50,294 nucleotides of DNA, taken from NCBI GenBank assembly GCA_010015585.1, contig ML975153.1. One strand, 5' to 3'. The notes under the pieces are model-generated. The model was not told the origin of the DNA. It was given only the letters and a program-made list of their open reading frames with translations, and did not search any database. The DNA is from Eremomyces bilateralis CBS 781.70 (Eukaryota). Shown piece by piece: positions 35,571 to 47,847 of the stretch (positions within the stretch are counted from its first letter, which is position 1; the number at the start of each line of letters is the position of its first letter). The position numbers and the translations under genes were made by a program.

Positions 35571-37338
35571 GGTGAAATGAACGACTGGTAATATGACTGA
35601 CCGTGTACAAATTATTGGATAACTTGCCAATGGCTGAGATCGGGCTCTCCAGGAGGTCACAAAAGAACAACTCCTCAAATTCTGACGCTTGTCTGTCCAT
35701 AACTACCATTGGGGCATGAATATGGTAGGCGAATAATAGCATACCATTTCTTTCAAGGGCAAATCTGGTAGCCCCTAGTACGCCTGCCCCAAACGCATTT
35801 GTATCTTGATGTTATTGCGGGACATCGCTTGTATGATTCTACCCTACCAGCACCGTAGATAAAATAATAAGCAGAAGAGCAACAAGCATAGACCGTCTTT
35901 GGTGAATGTGGGCCAATTTCCTGGGATGGATTTTTAGTGGCTGAAGAGCACAATGAACCCGGAGACATGAGCCACCAGACAACATGAAAAACAATGATCA
36001 AAGAAGTTATATATGATGACAACAGGAATAGTCAAGTATAGCACACCTCTTAGGTACATAAAGGCCTCATAGGCAGCAACTGAAACTTCTTATACCAGAC
36101 ACAAACACGAACACCAGCTTCCGAAAGCATACAACTACTAAGCTTTATCGGAATTCAGCTTCCTTAACGATCTTCTCATCCGTTCATAACTGACTTCGAC
36201 ACAATATCAGCATCTTGTGCTGGTACACAGTCATGTATGAGTGCAGACGTATCGCCAGCGTCCCGGAACCCACTAAGTACCCGTGGTGTTCTTGCCCCAG
36301 GCACACCACCGACTCGTCCGCCGCGCCGTTAAGGCAATGCAGCAGTAGATGGTAAATTGGTAATGCTACTCAGGATGTAGACGTCCCGATCGCTGTGATG
36401 AATCCATAGATAACTCACAATGAGGAAGGAAGGAGCCATTAACCCAGTCGTTTCAGTGTCTCTCTAGGCAGAGGCTTAATTCCCTGTCCACTAAGACATG
36501 ACAAAATCTAGTATAAGATAGTTAAATCATAAAACCCCCATAAATGTCATGGCCCAAACCACGAAGGATTTGGTAAGCTGGTAACGCTGTTGAATTGCTA
36601 AAGAGAGAAGGAGAATATCTCTCTCACTGCGATCTGCTATTTACATCTGTGGGCAAACGGTCTACCCATCCCTTCTGCCTTAGGCCGCAAGGCCACAACA
36701 CACAGACTGGGCGAAGCCCAAGACTGTCACAATAAAACCCAAATTGCATATCTCATTCGTTATGCTTGATCTCTGCCAAAGTCGCAAGTCCTTCGGCAAG
36801 GACTGGATATCATGAAAACACTATACGATATATTCCTAATCCGATTTATTACATTCACAAGGATCGGAATAAGAATACAGCGGTAGTGCCAATAATACGA
36901 GTCTGAACAACGCTAGTACCACCGATCCCCTAGCCTTGGCCCAAAATAGGCGATAGTTGCGCCCACCACTGTGAGAATATCCTAGCAACGTGGTAGGAGC
37001 CCATAATTGTGCTCCACAAGTCCATAAGGCCTTCCAATAACTAGTGGAGCAGCAAGCCGCCTTTTCCTGTTGTGATACAAGACGAAAATGGCTGTGCAAC
37101 TAAGCAAATCTGGTGCCTGGAGTTGGGGGCTCAGGGACAGCAGCAGCGAGGATTATTTGAACAAGCACAGATTCCAGAGCAGTGGATCAGGACAACAATC
37201 CTTTATTTCAGGTTACATGAAGGTCGGCGGGTTCGAAGGGCAACGAAGGAAACGTCAAGATCAGATAAGCTGGGTGTTCACGTGACTGCCAAGATACACC
37301 AATCACGCGCTGAAGAGATTGCTCAGGTCAGCCATAGT

Positions 37339-37443
37339 AGCACTAGCCACAGCACTAGCCACAGAACTAGCCACTATCGTAACCCAGCAGCCTCTGTCAT
37401 GCAGCTTGATATCATTGTTCTCATCATTGTTCTCATTGTTATC
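37339..37443 (+). repeat. Two adjacent 12-mer tandem repeats (AGCACTAGCCAC x3; ATCATTGTTCTC x2 plus partial)
   Basis: 37339-37374 (one mismatch) and 37411-37443, just upstream of the PQ-loop gene. Confidence 0.8.
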
Positions 37444-37541
37444 CACTGATCACGATCTAATGCCTCCCTGAGTATTACAACTCTTGAATACCTATAGAAG
37501 CCTCACTATACATCCGATGCGCAATCGCCGAACCATTTAAT

Positions 37542-38629
37542 ATGGATCCGGGCATACCAATCACCTGGAACGAAGCGCTATCAGGAGTTTTTGGCTCCAT
37601 ATCAATCGCAGCATGGATATTCTTACTGGTACGTCTTCCTTGTACAGGTACATTTTCCGGGAAATCAATCAATTAACAGATGTCTCTTAGGTCCCCCAAC
37701 TCATCACTAACTACACCCATTCCTCTGCCTCCGGCCTCTCCCTCGCCTTTCTCCTCGTCTGGCTCCTCGGCGACATTACAAGCTTCGTCGGCTCTCTTCT
37801 CGCCCACCTCGTCCCCACCGTCGTCCTCCTCGGCGGCTACTTCTGCGTCGCGGACTTCGTCCTGATCACCCAGGTTCTCTACTACAATTTCATCAACGCG
37901 CGGCGCGAAGCGAAAAAGCCGAGCGCAGCGCACGCTAACGCAAATGGACATACCGCCGACAATGAGGAGAGCCCGCTCTTAAGGAGAGACAGTGCCGAGG
38001 CCGCCCACCAGCCAAGGAGGAGGAAGAGTAGCACGGCGAGCAGAAGGTCGACGTTATCAAGGCGGTACAGCCGGGGTAGCTTGCCGAGTATCTTAGAGGA
38101 GAGTACCGGCACGACCGCGTGGTTGAAGAATACCGGCGCAATCATTGGAATCTGCGCCGTTGGTGCTGCCGGATGGGGAATTGCATACGGTACAGGCGTG
38201 TGGAAGCCTGTGCCATCTCCATCAGCTGTCCATGCTAGCCGGATGGGGAAGGAAGCCAGCATGCAGACCGCTGCGTCGGTGTTGGGCTACGCAAGCGCCG
38301 TGTGCTACCTTGGCGCACGGATACCGCAGATTGTTAAGAATCAACGCGAGAAGAGCTGCGAAGGGCTGAGTCTGCTCTTCTTCTGCTTGAGTCTTCTGGG
38401 AAACGCAACGTATGGAGCCGGGGTAAGTTTTCTTGAAGTGCATCTCCTGAGCGCTGATGACGGTTGCTAACGTGGTGGGCAGATCCTCTTCCACTCGCTG
38501 GAGAAAGATTACGTCGTGAAGAACCTGCCGTGGTTGCTGGGCAGCTTGGGAACAATTGTCGAGGATGTTGTCATCTTCGTCCAGTTTCATGCGTTCAGAG
38601 ATAGGCCGCCGCCCTCCGCCATCGTGTAA
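37542..38629 (+). CDS. PQ-loop vacuolar membrane transporter (Ypq/PQLC2-like); exons 37542-37628, 37691-38422, 38483-38629
   Basis: EALSGVFGSISIAAWIFLL/VPQLITNY..GLSLAFLLVWLLGD, a second PQ loop LGARIPQIVKN..SCEGLSLLFF, the dileucine-like EESPLL, and NLPWLLGSLGT. Confidence 0.9.
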
Positions 38630-41600
38630 TAAAAGTGCTTTTCACTTGAGAATTCCCTTTTTAAGTCTACGTGCGCATTTCTGTTTACCTCTGCTGCATC
38701 TGTTGCAGTATATGTGATAATGTCCTTGTTCAGGCGCTGGTGGACGACATGAGTGTCTCCTTGTGTTCTCATTTTAAAAGGAGTTTGAATATGCTGACTC
38801 AGAGTTCTAATATTCTTTCAGTATACAAACATGTGGCACAGCTATATATAAACAGGATATGTGCGAAGCCTCAGACCTAGAGCCCCCTTTTTTTTGGCAA
38901 ACTCCACCCATGATGTCAGCTCAAGCTCGAACTCGCGCTATGAACCGGCCCGGAATCGATGCATTGTATTCAAGCTCGTCCTGCTCTAGATTAGCACTGC
39001 TTGCTCAACCCAAGGGGTATATCTCATCATCAAGACGTTCAGTAGATAGTATTAGTACCCGGTGCGAAGAGGTAAAGTGCTTCAGGGATTACAGTAGAGC
39101 AAGACTCCGACGTTATGGAAACGATTATCATCGGGGCATCGAGTGAGACCACCTGCGAGTCATCAAAAGCAAGCAACAGAATGAAAAGGAAAAGGGATAC
39201 CATGCGGGACGAAAATATGTAAACTGGGAGCCTTAGTTACCTATTGGAGGGATGGAGGGGCATCTTTGTCGGCTCCATCCCCACGGCTAAAAACGCGGCT
39301 GGTGTTTTGGCCATGGTGTAGTCCTGATCTCCAATGAACAAAAGTCTAATGACAACTCGATCAACGCCACCGACGCGGATGAAAATCTTTCGTCCAGAGA
39401 GAATATCTTACCGCACCGTGGAACGCGGCGGCCAAGCAAAGTTGTAATAAGTCCTCGTCCAACGTCGGTTGCATTGGCGAAGTAGGACAACGTAGCATAT
39501 GTCCAAGCTTTTATGTGATCGACAAAATCAGCGGCGCTCGAAATTGAGGTGGCATCCCCACGACCGTTTCATCGAAACAGACAGGGAGAAAACAGGGTCG
39601 CTGATAGGCGGGACAGATCTGGCTGCCGCCATTACACCAGAGGAACATTAACGCAGACCAAGAATGAAGAGACACGATCATGAATGCTTGGACCAAACGC
39701 TATGTGACGTATATAGGCGTGGGGGGTCCCTATGTCCTGCATTAGACAGGGAGTCTGGGAACGGGATGGGGGAACTGGGACGGTTCATACATCCGATATT
39801 GAAGACGGGGTGGTCTTGATTAGAAAATATATGACGCCATACAGATATAGGCAGTGCAGTTGGAGAAGATCGCTCCGTGGCCAAGGAAAGGTGTCTTGTG
39901 CAGGGGGTCGGCTTCTGGTTATCTTTTGCCTGGCTCGGGGGCGAAATTCAAGGGTAATTAGTGCCAGAGAAGTATGGTGGCCCAGATATGGTAAAACGCA
40001 ATGAAAATTTTCGAAGATACTTTGAACTCGCATATTGTGAATGCCGAAATTCGGCGTTGAAAAACAGAAAGGAGATGCAGAATCAGCCTCGTCTTGCTGA
40101 AATGAAAGTGCATACTGCATGTTGTTCACACCGGCTTACTGTTTTCGTCTCTTCCCATTCGTCTTTCGGAGCTTGTTACAATGCATAAGCCAGAGAGAAG
40201 CAGCGGTTTTGAATGTAGCCATATCACCACTCTCTGCAATATACGATTTGCAGAGATTCAATTCGTGGGGGCCAATGCATCACGATACCTCGTGCATGCA
40301 GTACAGGGGATATTTCTCCACGACTGCGCTCCTGCAGTCTGCCTTGCGGAGGGAACAGAAGATGCAACACAGCTTCAAGCACTTCTCGAGGGACTAAAGT
40401 TAACCTGATAGTTATGCATTCAATGACTGATGCATGGCGAGAATGTCCTCGTGACAAGTGCTAGTCAATGCAGTGGGAATAAATCTCGATTCAAGACGCG
40501 TCGGTGAAGAGGAGCCTATTGAACATATGACTGAAGTATGGCTGCGAACGGTTAGCCGGGATGATCTAGACTCTTGTGATGTTGTAGGAATCAATAGGAG
40601 CAAAGAACCCTTAAGTAGTTGTTAACATTTGTGCTACAGTTGTGAAACAGAGGATCGATTCACTTCACCCCTCTTGGTTGCATCAATACCCTTAGCACAA
40701 GCCTGCCAGACATCAGGGGCAATGGCCTAGCAAGACTGGAATGAATCGAGTGCTCTAAATTCGCATCGAGGGGATATCGGCCAAAGGAAATCGTCTCATG
40801 CCGGATAGTATTCTAATATGGAAAGTTGGTTCAAGCGAAGACCGAAGTGATGGATAACTCGGTGTTTATCGGGGATCGACGGCGCCGCGCCGATGCCGAT
40901 CCACTCCATTATTGCTAATAATTGCGCGATCAATCTGAATTATCAGGTCGCGAGTCCCTGACTCAGTTTCGGATATTTCCCCACCTCAGGGACGTCCGGA
41001 TCGGTCTTAAACTTCGATAACGTTATCCGCGGAGTTATACAAAACTCAATGTGCGGAACCCAGCGGCATTAACTCCGACCCTCCGTCCTCCTGGACAGGA
41101 CTCCTGAACTATCGCCTGAGCGCAGCGGGCCAGAGCCTCTTAGTCCGGAAGAATCATTCGGGGGTTGTGCTGCCAAGGTAGTCTCGACTCCTGTAACAGG
41201 TGTAAGCAGGAGACCAGGCGCTAATTCCACGTCTCCCACCCAGCATCACCTGCACTAGATTCTATCCAAGGCTCTATCGTGCCGGGAGCTTCCATCTTCG
41301 GCCATGCAGCCCGAGCGAAGCATTGGTGTCGCTCGGGCTGTCGTTGGCGGTTCTTGGTAGAACTTCCCCATCACGGCCCACGGGGCCTTGCTAATCGCCG
41401 GTCTCAGACCCTGGGGACCGTCGTATACCCCAGAAATCATACGGCCGTGTTATTGGGGAGTAGCCAACCTATATCCTGCAAGCATCTCATAAGTGCGACC
41501 GCATTTAACCGTGGCGAACATACCGGCCGAATGATAGGTCCGAGAAGTAGTGATAATGCTCGGCGATGTGTTCCAAACTCCGCCGGTGCTTGCGGATAGT

Positions 41601-41906
41601 GGGGCTTGCTGAGCAACACGACATGCGCAACGTGAAGGTGGAGAGGCGTGGATGGTTACCAAGAGCATGGATGTGGATATCTGAATGTTGGGATTTGGAT
41701 ACAAATATGCCCTGTTCCCCGTTTAGTTCATGATTCAGTCACTGTTCCTTACTTTTGCGATTCCCAATCACCACTGTCAAGCGAAATCATCCGCCCATAT
41801 CCGCATACCACATCTATACACAGTTCATCAACTCACTCAGTATAAGTGCTTGGGTCTACATCGCCTCCTCAACCCTCGACAACATACCTGTAGACAGCTG
41901 TATACC

Positions 41907-42161
41907 ATGGACCAGATCCTTCCACATTCAGATGCCATGTCTTCTGAACAACAAGTCTACATTCCCAATCTCCGAGGCGGCCAAGCTCTCGTCTTCAACC
42001 TCTCAGACCTTCTTGACGACGATGAACCCACTCCAATGCCTCCGCCTTCCCGCCGAGACACTTCCTCCTCACTAGAATCATCAACCACAGATAAGAGTTT
42101 TGAAGAAGACGACGGGATACGAATCATTGTCAATTCCCTAGTTGAACCTGCCGCCGCATGA
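41907..42161 (+). CDS. Small acidic hypothetical protein (84 aa)
   Basis: ATG in ACCATGG context; protein-like composition. No family recognised. Confidence 0.3.
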   Translation: MDQILPHSDAMSSEQQVYIPNLRGGQALVFNLSDLLDDDEPTPMPPPSRRDTSSSLESSTTDKSFEEDDGIRIIVNSLVEPAAA

Positions 42162-42847
42162 TCGAAAAGTACGGCATAAGAAGCAGGAAACCTCATTGGC
42201 TAGGGAAGATCCCCATGATCAGGGGATACAACCAAATGGCCATGGAATGATCGGCTTCCCGTGAAGCACAGATCACGGAGATGTGCGACCAAATTGATAA
42301 CCTATTTCGGCAATAGAGCAATTAAAAGGAGCGAATGGCTGAAGATCGAGAAACCCTCGGCTGCAGACGCCTTCCGATATCATCCGGAGACGATAGAGTG
42401 CATAGGGCATGGAGAGGAGTTCAAGAGCGATAGTCGGGATTTGATCCATGCAGAAAAGCCAGGACCGATGCCAGAGGAGGTACGCGGAATTGCGTGCAGG
42501 AATGATAACGGCAAGACGAGGGGACATGATATGAGAATATGAGATTTAAGTTTTGATACCCCATGTATGGATAACCTAATACGATTGAGCATTAGCCATT
42601 TGCTGATCATCAATGTTTGATCATTTCAACCAAAAGTATCCATGGCTTGCGCTTCTCAAAACTTGCATGACCTGCTCTATACAGTGCCAAATAAAGATGA
42701 CGCCAACACCACCCGTAGTTCACATCATCGTTTAAATGTCGTCGCTGACCGCTGTGACTGGGAAAGATAACCGCTTGTGTCTCGAGGACCATTTCAGAGT
42801 AGGATAAAGGCTAATCGGCTCAAAATTGGACCTTATTTGGCCTCGGA

Positions 42848-44087
42848 CTAATCTTCTAGATCCCCCCCCATACGCCTTCACATCGGCTGCTCTCCATTTC
42901 GTCGCCCATCCCATCTCTTGTTCGACCCGCTCGTATATTTCTAGGATCTCCCGAAGCTCGCTCGGATGACTCTTTGTCTTAAGACCCTGCGATCCACAAC
43001 GGCTCCACACTGTTCGTCCAGCAGCCATGATGAGAGTTCGAGATCACGATTGTGTAGATCTTCCGTGCATGCCAGAGTATTGACCTTGGCTTTGGTATCA
43101 GGCTTTGCGCCCCTGATGGACGATTCTGAAGCATGAGGATGGCTGCTATGTGATAAAATTGGTTCCCTGAGATAGCAGGGGAGTAGTGTTAAGAAGGGCT
43201 GTTCGTAGTTCCCTGGGGTGTGAGGTCGAGAATGGACAGACCCCATACCCGCAGGACGGGTAGTGTACCAGTCTTCGATTGCGGCGAAGAGTTCAGTCCA
43301 TTGTTCAATGTACTCGGGAGACGACTGCCAAGTTGTATCACTAGAACAGGAGACTTCGTCTTTGATAAAGCTGACGACGTGACCAAGTTATAAAGCGCAA
43401 TTGCCGCGCCTGTCACAGCAATCTGCGGCCGGGAAGAGTTGCATGTCCGCGGTGAATGTGCTCTTGGAGCCCCAATTATCAATGGAAACGAGAGTCTGAT
43501 CAAATGAGATAAGTCCGCCGCAGATATCCATTCTGACAAAGCACCAGAAAAGAGCTTGTTTCCGGCCTCCACAGAAGTCGTTAACGCCCATGTATTGAGG
43601 CAGAATTGCACAAGCGCGCAAATGTTTGTGTCATGCTTTTGGTGAACTTGTAGAGAGGAGTTAGCTTATTCAACTGGTATACGAATCACTTTTCGATCCG
43701 GTACTGCAGAAGCACTCTCTCAGGTGTCTCAAATTCTTCCACATTAATTATGGATTCGGATTTAACAGATATATTAACCTGGAGAAGCCCTGCGAGTACC
43801 AGTTCAACAGAATCTGGTGGTAGTGAATACTTACAACTCATAGTTTCGAGAACGCAGAGGATAACACAAGACGCAATGGCTGCAGGGCTACCAGTGTGTA
43901 GTTGAGGAACCAAATGGCGCATGGCTTTTTGATAGATCTCCAAGCTTCCAAAGGATGAGTGATGCGGGTGGCACCTATCCATCTGGCGGGCAGACAGGGG
44001 TAGAGTGGAACATCTTAGATGTGGATGCGATCTTGCCATAACGGGCAGTACATGTTCGAAGTGTCGATGGGCATCAGATTGATCCAG
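42848..44087 (-). pseudogene. Degenerate fungal-specific transcription factor (Fungal_trans_2-like), lacking its N-terminal exons
   Basis: LDQSDAHRHFEH..LSARQMDR..SLEIYQKAMRHL..IASCVILCVLETMS, then SPKA*HKHL..QALFWCFVRMDICGGLIS with an in-frame TGA at 43631-43633, and C-terminal IYERVEQEMGWATKWRAAD. Several further stops and frameshifts. Confidence 0.75.
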
Positions 44088-44359
44088 CTACCAAATTGTT
44101 AGTAACAAAATGGGACATGTTAAATAAGTAGAGGACGACGATAACTAGTTAGTTAGTTGATGCACGCGTCTAACTAGAGCCAAAAGGGACGGCCAAAAGA
44201 TCAGGCTACGCGGCTGAAGAAGAAAGGTGTTAGGCTGAACTGATTCAGCATAGACTAATGAGAGAATATACGGCAAATACTATAGATGTGCAGCAATTCA
44301 TGAAGGACAAGGGGAGAATACCAAGAATCTTAATCACGAAACTTCAAACATAAGAAAGT

Positions 44360-46130
44360 GATGAGAATTAAAATAAGAATCAATTTAACGTACTATCTAG
44401 ACCCCTTTCGGGTCTATGAGCACGGCATTCTATCTGGTCTGCCGCGGGCAAAGGTTTCCCCGTAGCCCTGAGGCTGCGGGTACATAAAATCCCGCCTCCT
44501 CCCTTTAGTAGACTATCTTAAACGTTTTCGTCTTTCCGTACGAGTCGGTGTTTCCGCCTACGCGGAGAGCTTATTCTGGCACATCATGGAGGAGCTGGAA
44601 CGGTTTCCAGTCCTTTATTACCTCCTCCTCCACTTCCTTGGCCACCCGGTATTGCTCTAGACCTCCCGTATCGATCAGCCACCTTGCTGCGTGGCGCACC
44701 TTACTCTATCCCTGTTATGCAATATCCTCTTGAAATCCGTTGTTCCAGCTCGTTGGGTGAGCGCGATCCTCTGGTCGGTCCGCTGGGGGCAAAATGCAAG
44801 GAGATGGTAGAGAGACTGTCGGAGGGCACGGCACTCACACGCTGGGTGGATTCCAGGGATACCAATTTTCGCGAGCCATCCTTTAACTCCAACTACCTCC
44901 GTCCGTAGTGCCATAAGCGCCGAGGCCTCGTGTTTCTAAAGGCCATCGAACCGGTTAAGGCACTGGGTTTCCCACGGGTCCTTCCATGTCCTTATTCTCC
45001 TTTCTGGTTTGGCCGCCTCGGCTTGCCATCTCTCCTTCCATTTCGCTCGATACTCGTCCTGGATCATCCGGTGCGGGTCTTTTCGCTGTTGTGTCTGATA
45101 TCCCCTAGCTGGTTCGGGCCGGGGGAACAGAAGTTTGTCATACTTGGTCCGGAGAATACACATTGCGGGTTCAGGTTTAGACCGGACACAGGGATCGGCC
45201 TCGAGTTCGTCTCGGGGGAGCGGAGGTAGCATCCCAGATTTGCGTCAGGGCTCCCTCAATCTGGGCAGTGACCTTATGGGAGTTCGTCGATGCTGCTCTT
45301 TGAGCGGCCCGTTCTTTGACGTAGAGTTCGATTGGGGGAACGTCCGCCTCTCTCAAGCGCGGCGATTGATGTCCGTTTGTAAGCCCCTAGTATCTTTCGA
45401 AGGCACTTGTTCTGTACCTTGGCTAGGTCTTTCATTTTGCCTTCAGAGATTGGCTCACCCTGCTGACGGACTCCCCAGATTGGGGCGCCGTATGTCATAA
45501 TGGGCCGTGTAACCGCTGTGTAGAGCAGCCTCGATTTCTGGACGGATGGTCCCCATACCGACGAAGTTACCCTCGCCAGGGAATCGAAAACCCTAAGTCC
45601 CCTCTATGTTGCCCGGAAGATGTGGTCCTTCCATGAGAGGGAAGGGTCGAGCTAGACTCCTAGTATCTGGAGGGATGTAACTAATTCGGCTTGGTGTCCC
45701 TGTACCTGGATCGTGGACCGGAGATCAGCGGAAATATTGCGTTTCTTAGTAAAGTGGATAATCTGGTACTTATCCGGGGCAAATTTAGCCCCGAACCTGT
45801 GACGCCCATTCCAGGCAAGTATCATGGGCTACAGTTAGTCGTTGGCAGTTAGCTACTACCGTGTCTCAGGTGACAAGTATAGTATTATCAACGAACCCGA
45901 ACCCGAGCACGTTACCCTGAACATCTTTGAATTGCTGTAGTAGGTCAGATATAAATAGGATAAATAGCGCGGGTGATAGGGTAGAGCCTTGCGGGAACCC
46001 AGTCTCCGTGTCGAACCAGCGGCTCTTAAAGTCCGAGAAGAGGATCTTTGTTCGCCGTCCGGTTAAGAAAGATGCGATTGTCTAGATAATCCATTCGGGG
46101 TATCTCATCCGACGAAGGACCCAGAGAGTC
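44360..46130 (-). mobile_element. 5'-truncated, degenerate Tad1-like non-LTR retrotransposon (LINE): RT C-terminal half, CCHC tail, 3' UTR
   Basis: TGFPQGSTLSPALFILFISDL..GFVDNT (a decayed xxDD motif), FGAKFAPDKYQIIHF, TYGAPIW..VQNKCLRKILGAYKRTSIAALE and CECRALRQSLYHLLAFCP. ORF2 stop near 44571; degenerate ATTCTY tail near 44360-44383. Multiple stops and frameshifts. Confidence 0.9.
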
Positions 46131-47495
46131 GGCTTACAAAGTCTTCACTTGATGGTTCGCTTTTGAAGTGGAGCTGATTAATCCAGATATTCCTATGGAC
46201 GCCATATGTCCCGTCGATTGTCCCTTCGTCGAAAGGGGCGGCCTGGAGATGATGAAGTTGGGAGGCCATCCCTTTTGCGTGTAGACGCTTGATCTTCGGG
46301 CAAGTTGGGACAAGGGATGAATCCTTCCTGAATACTGAATCGATACTCTTAGAATGTATGTAACTATTCGCCTCGTAGATTAAGTATAAATCCATTTAAC
46401 TACTGGTATTGTCTCGTTGACAACCGGGTGCGTCGCAAATGTCCTTAAGACGGAGAGGTTTAGTGGGATTGAAATGTGTTTGCAATAAACCTTCGCGAGG
46501 TAAGTATGGGTTCTGAGCCAGTAAACAAGTCGTAAGGTTCTACATTATGTGTGTAGAACCGATAACCTGCTCGCGCACGGTGTCTTTGAAATTAAAATTA
46601 TCATAGACAATGACCGTCTGTGGATCTCTAGCCAAGCTGGGAGGACGTTTCTATAAACTAGTTAGTTAAAGATAAAGGAGCTAAAGACAGGATGTTCACC
46701 TGAATTTACGTGGTTTGCCATACCTGATACCTCATCGTTAACATGTTTGTACGTATCACAGAGTCCAAGACCTGCGAGCGTCTCAACAACCCTGCGTTTA
46801 GTCCCACCAGAAATCAGGTAGAGTCCAAGATTCTTAGCAAAGGCGTTTGAAGTCTTGCGTTTACGACTCCGGCACGCCACTGCGGTGATCATGTACATCT
46901 GCCCAATTATACCCTTCCCTAGATTCTCTCTTTTTGCCGGTTCATGACTCCGGCAGTTTCGAAGGAGTAGGTCCAAGAAGGCGAACCATTCCGGTGCATA
47001 GGTCTCGATAACATTTCGAATATCATCAGAGTCGATATCCCATTCGTGTGATGTCTTAGGATCGAAGGTATTGAAATATTGATGTGATGATAGACCGTCG
47101 AGTTCGTCAAAAATGCGTTGCCAACTATAATAACCAGCGAGGCTATCGCCAATGCTCTGGCGTATTTCCTGCTCTTCAAGGACCGTACAGAACTGCTTAA
47201 TCCTAGCAGTTCTCCCCAGCTGACCATGAGATCGATCGGATAATAACCAAAGTCGGATGAACTCTTTGAAATTGAGGCCTTGTATCCGCCAAAGGGCCAA
47301 CGTTTCGCGCACCTTGTCGAAAGGCCTGGCTTTTCGCCTCCCGGTATACCGCTTGATCTGTCGGTAAGTCTTTGTAGGAGATCGTCTAGGAGAAGGACGA
47401 TAAGCTCTAGGAAATGTAGGTGACGATAAAGGAGAGTCTGAAGGCGAGGAAGGCACGGAAGATAGGTCGCTCGATAGTGGTAACGCGGTAGACAT
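46125..47495 (-). pseudogene. RIP-damaged DUF6589-type (Academ-like putative transposase) gene, 3'-truncated by the LINE fragment
   Basis: LGLYLISGGTKRRVVETLAGLGLCDTY; after an intron (~46699-46651), VIVYDNFNFKDTVREQ..M*NLTT..FDEGTIDGTYGVHRNIWINQL..FVSRL. In-frame TAG (46540-46542) and TAA (46396-46398). The family is assigned from remembered motifs. Confidence 0.6.
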
Positions 47496-47709
47496 ATTGA
47501 ATATGAAACGACGCGATCTTGTAACGTAGGATGGTCAGATTAGTCCCAAAACTTAATCAATTATAGTATTCGACGTGTAGAACGCTCCTGCGGTGTTGAA
47601 TTTGTAAGAAATATATTATTTCGAGCAGGATTGTAGATAGAAGTTGCCACACGTCAAGATGGTGATGATTTCAACTACGCGTCCATACAAAAATGGTACA
47701 AAAGGCTCT

Positions 47710-47847
47710 CAGACGGCAGAGGTTCCCCCCGCCTTTACGGCGTATGATTGGTCAAAAATAGGTGGCTAACGCTAAAGAAATAGACTAACTAGATTTTATC
47801 GGGTATAACGGAACGCCATAGTGGTAGGGGGAGGCCTTTGCCGTCTG
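47710..47847. repeat. 138-bp unit with ~35-bp imperfect terminal inverted repeats (MITE-like or element terminus)
   Basis: CAGACGGCAGAGGTTCCCCCCGCCTTTACGGCGT (47710-47743) pairs with ACGCCATAGTGGTAGGGGGAGGCCTTTGCCGTCTG (47813-47847). Confidence 0.75.

Noticed and set aside
35525..37443. Short tandem repeats considered as a CRISPR-like array
   Set aside because: Adjacent copies with no unique spacers, eukaryotic context and no cas genes; ordinary slippage duplications.
44143..44158. (TAGT)n tract as the LINE 3' tail or a transposon TIR
   Set aside because: The LINE appears to end near 44360, and I found no convincing inverted partner on the far side of the DUF6589 gene, so the boundary is unresolved.
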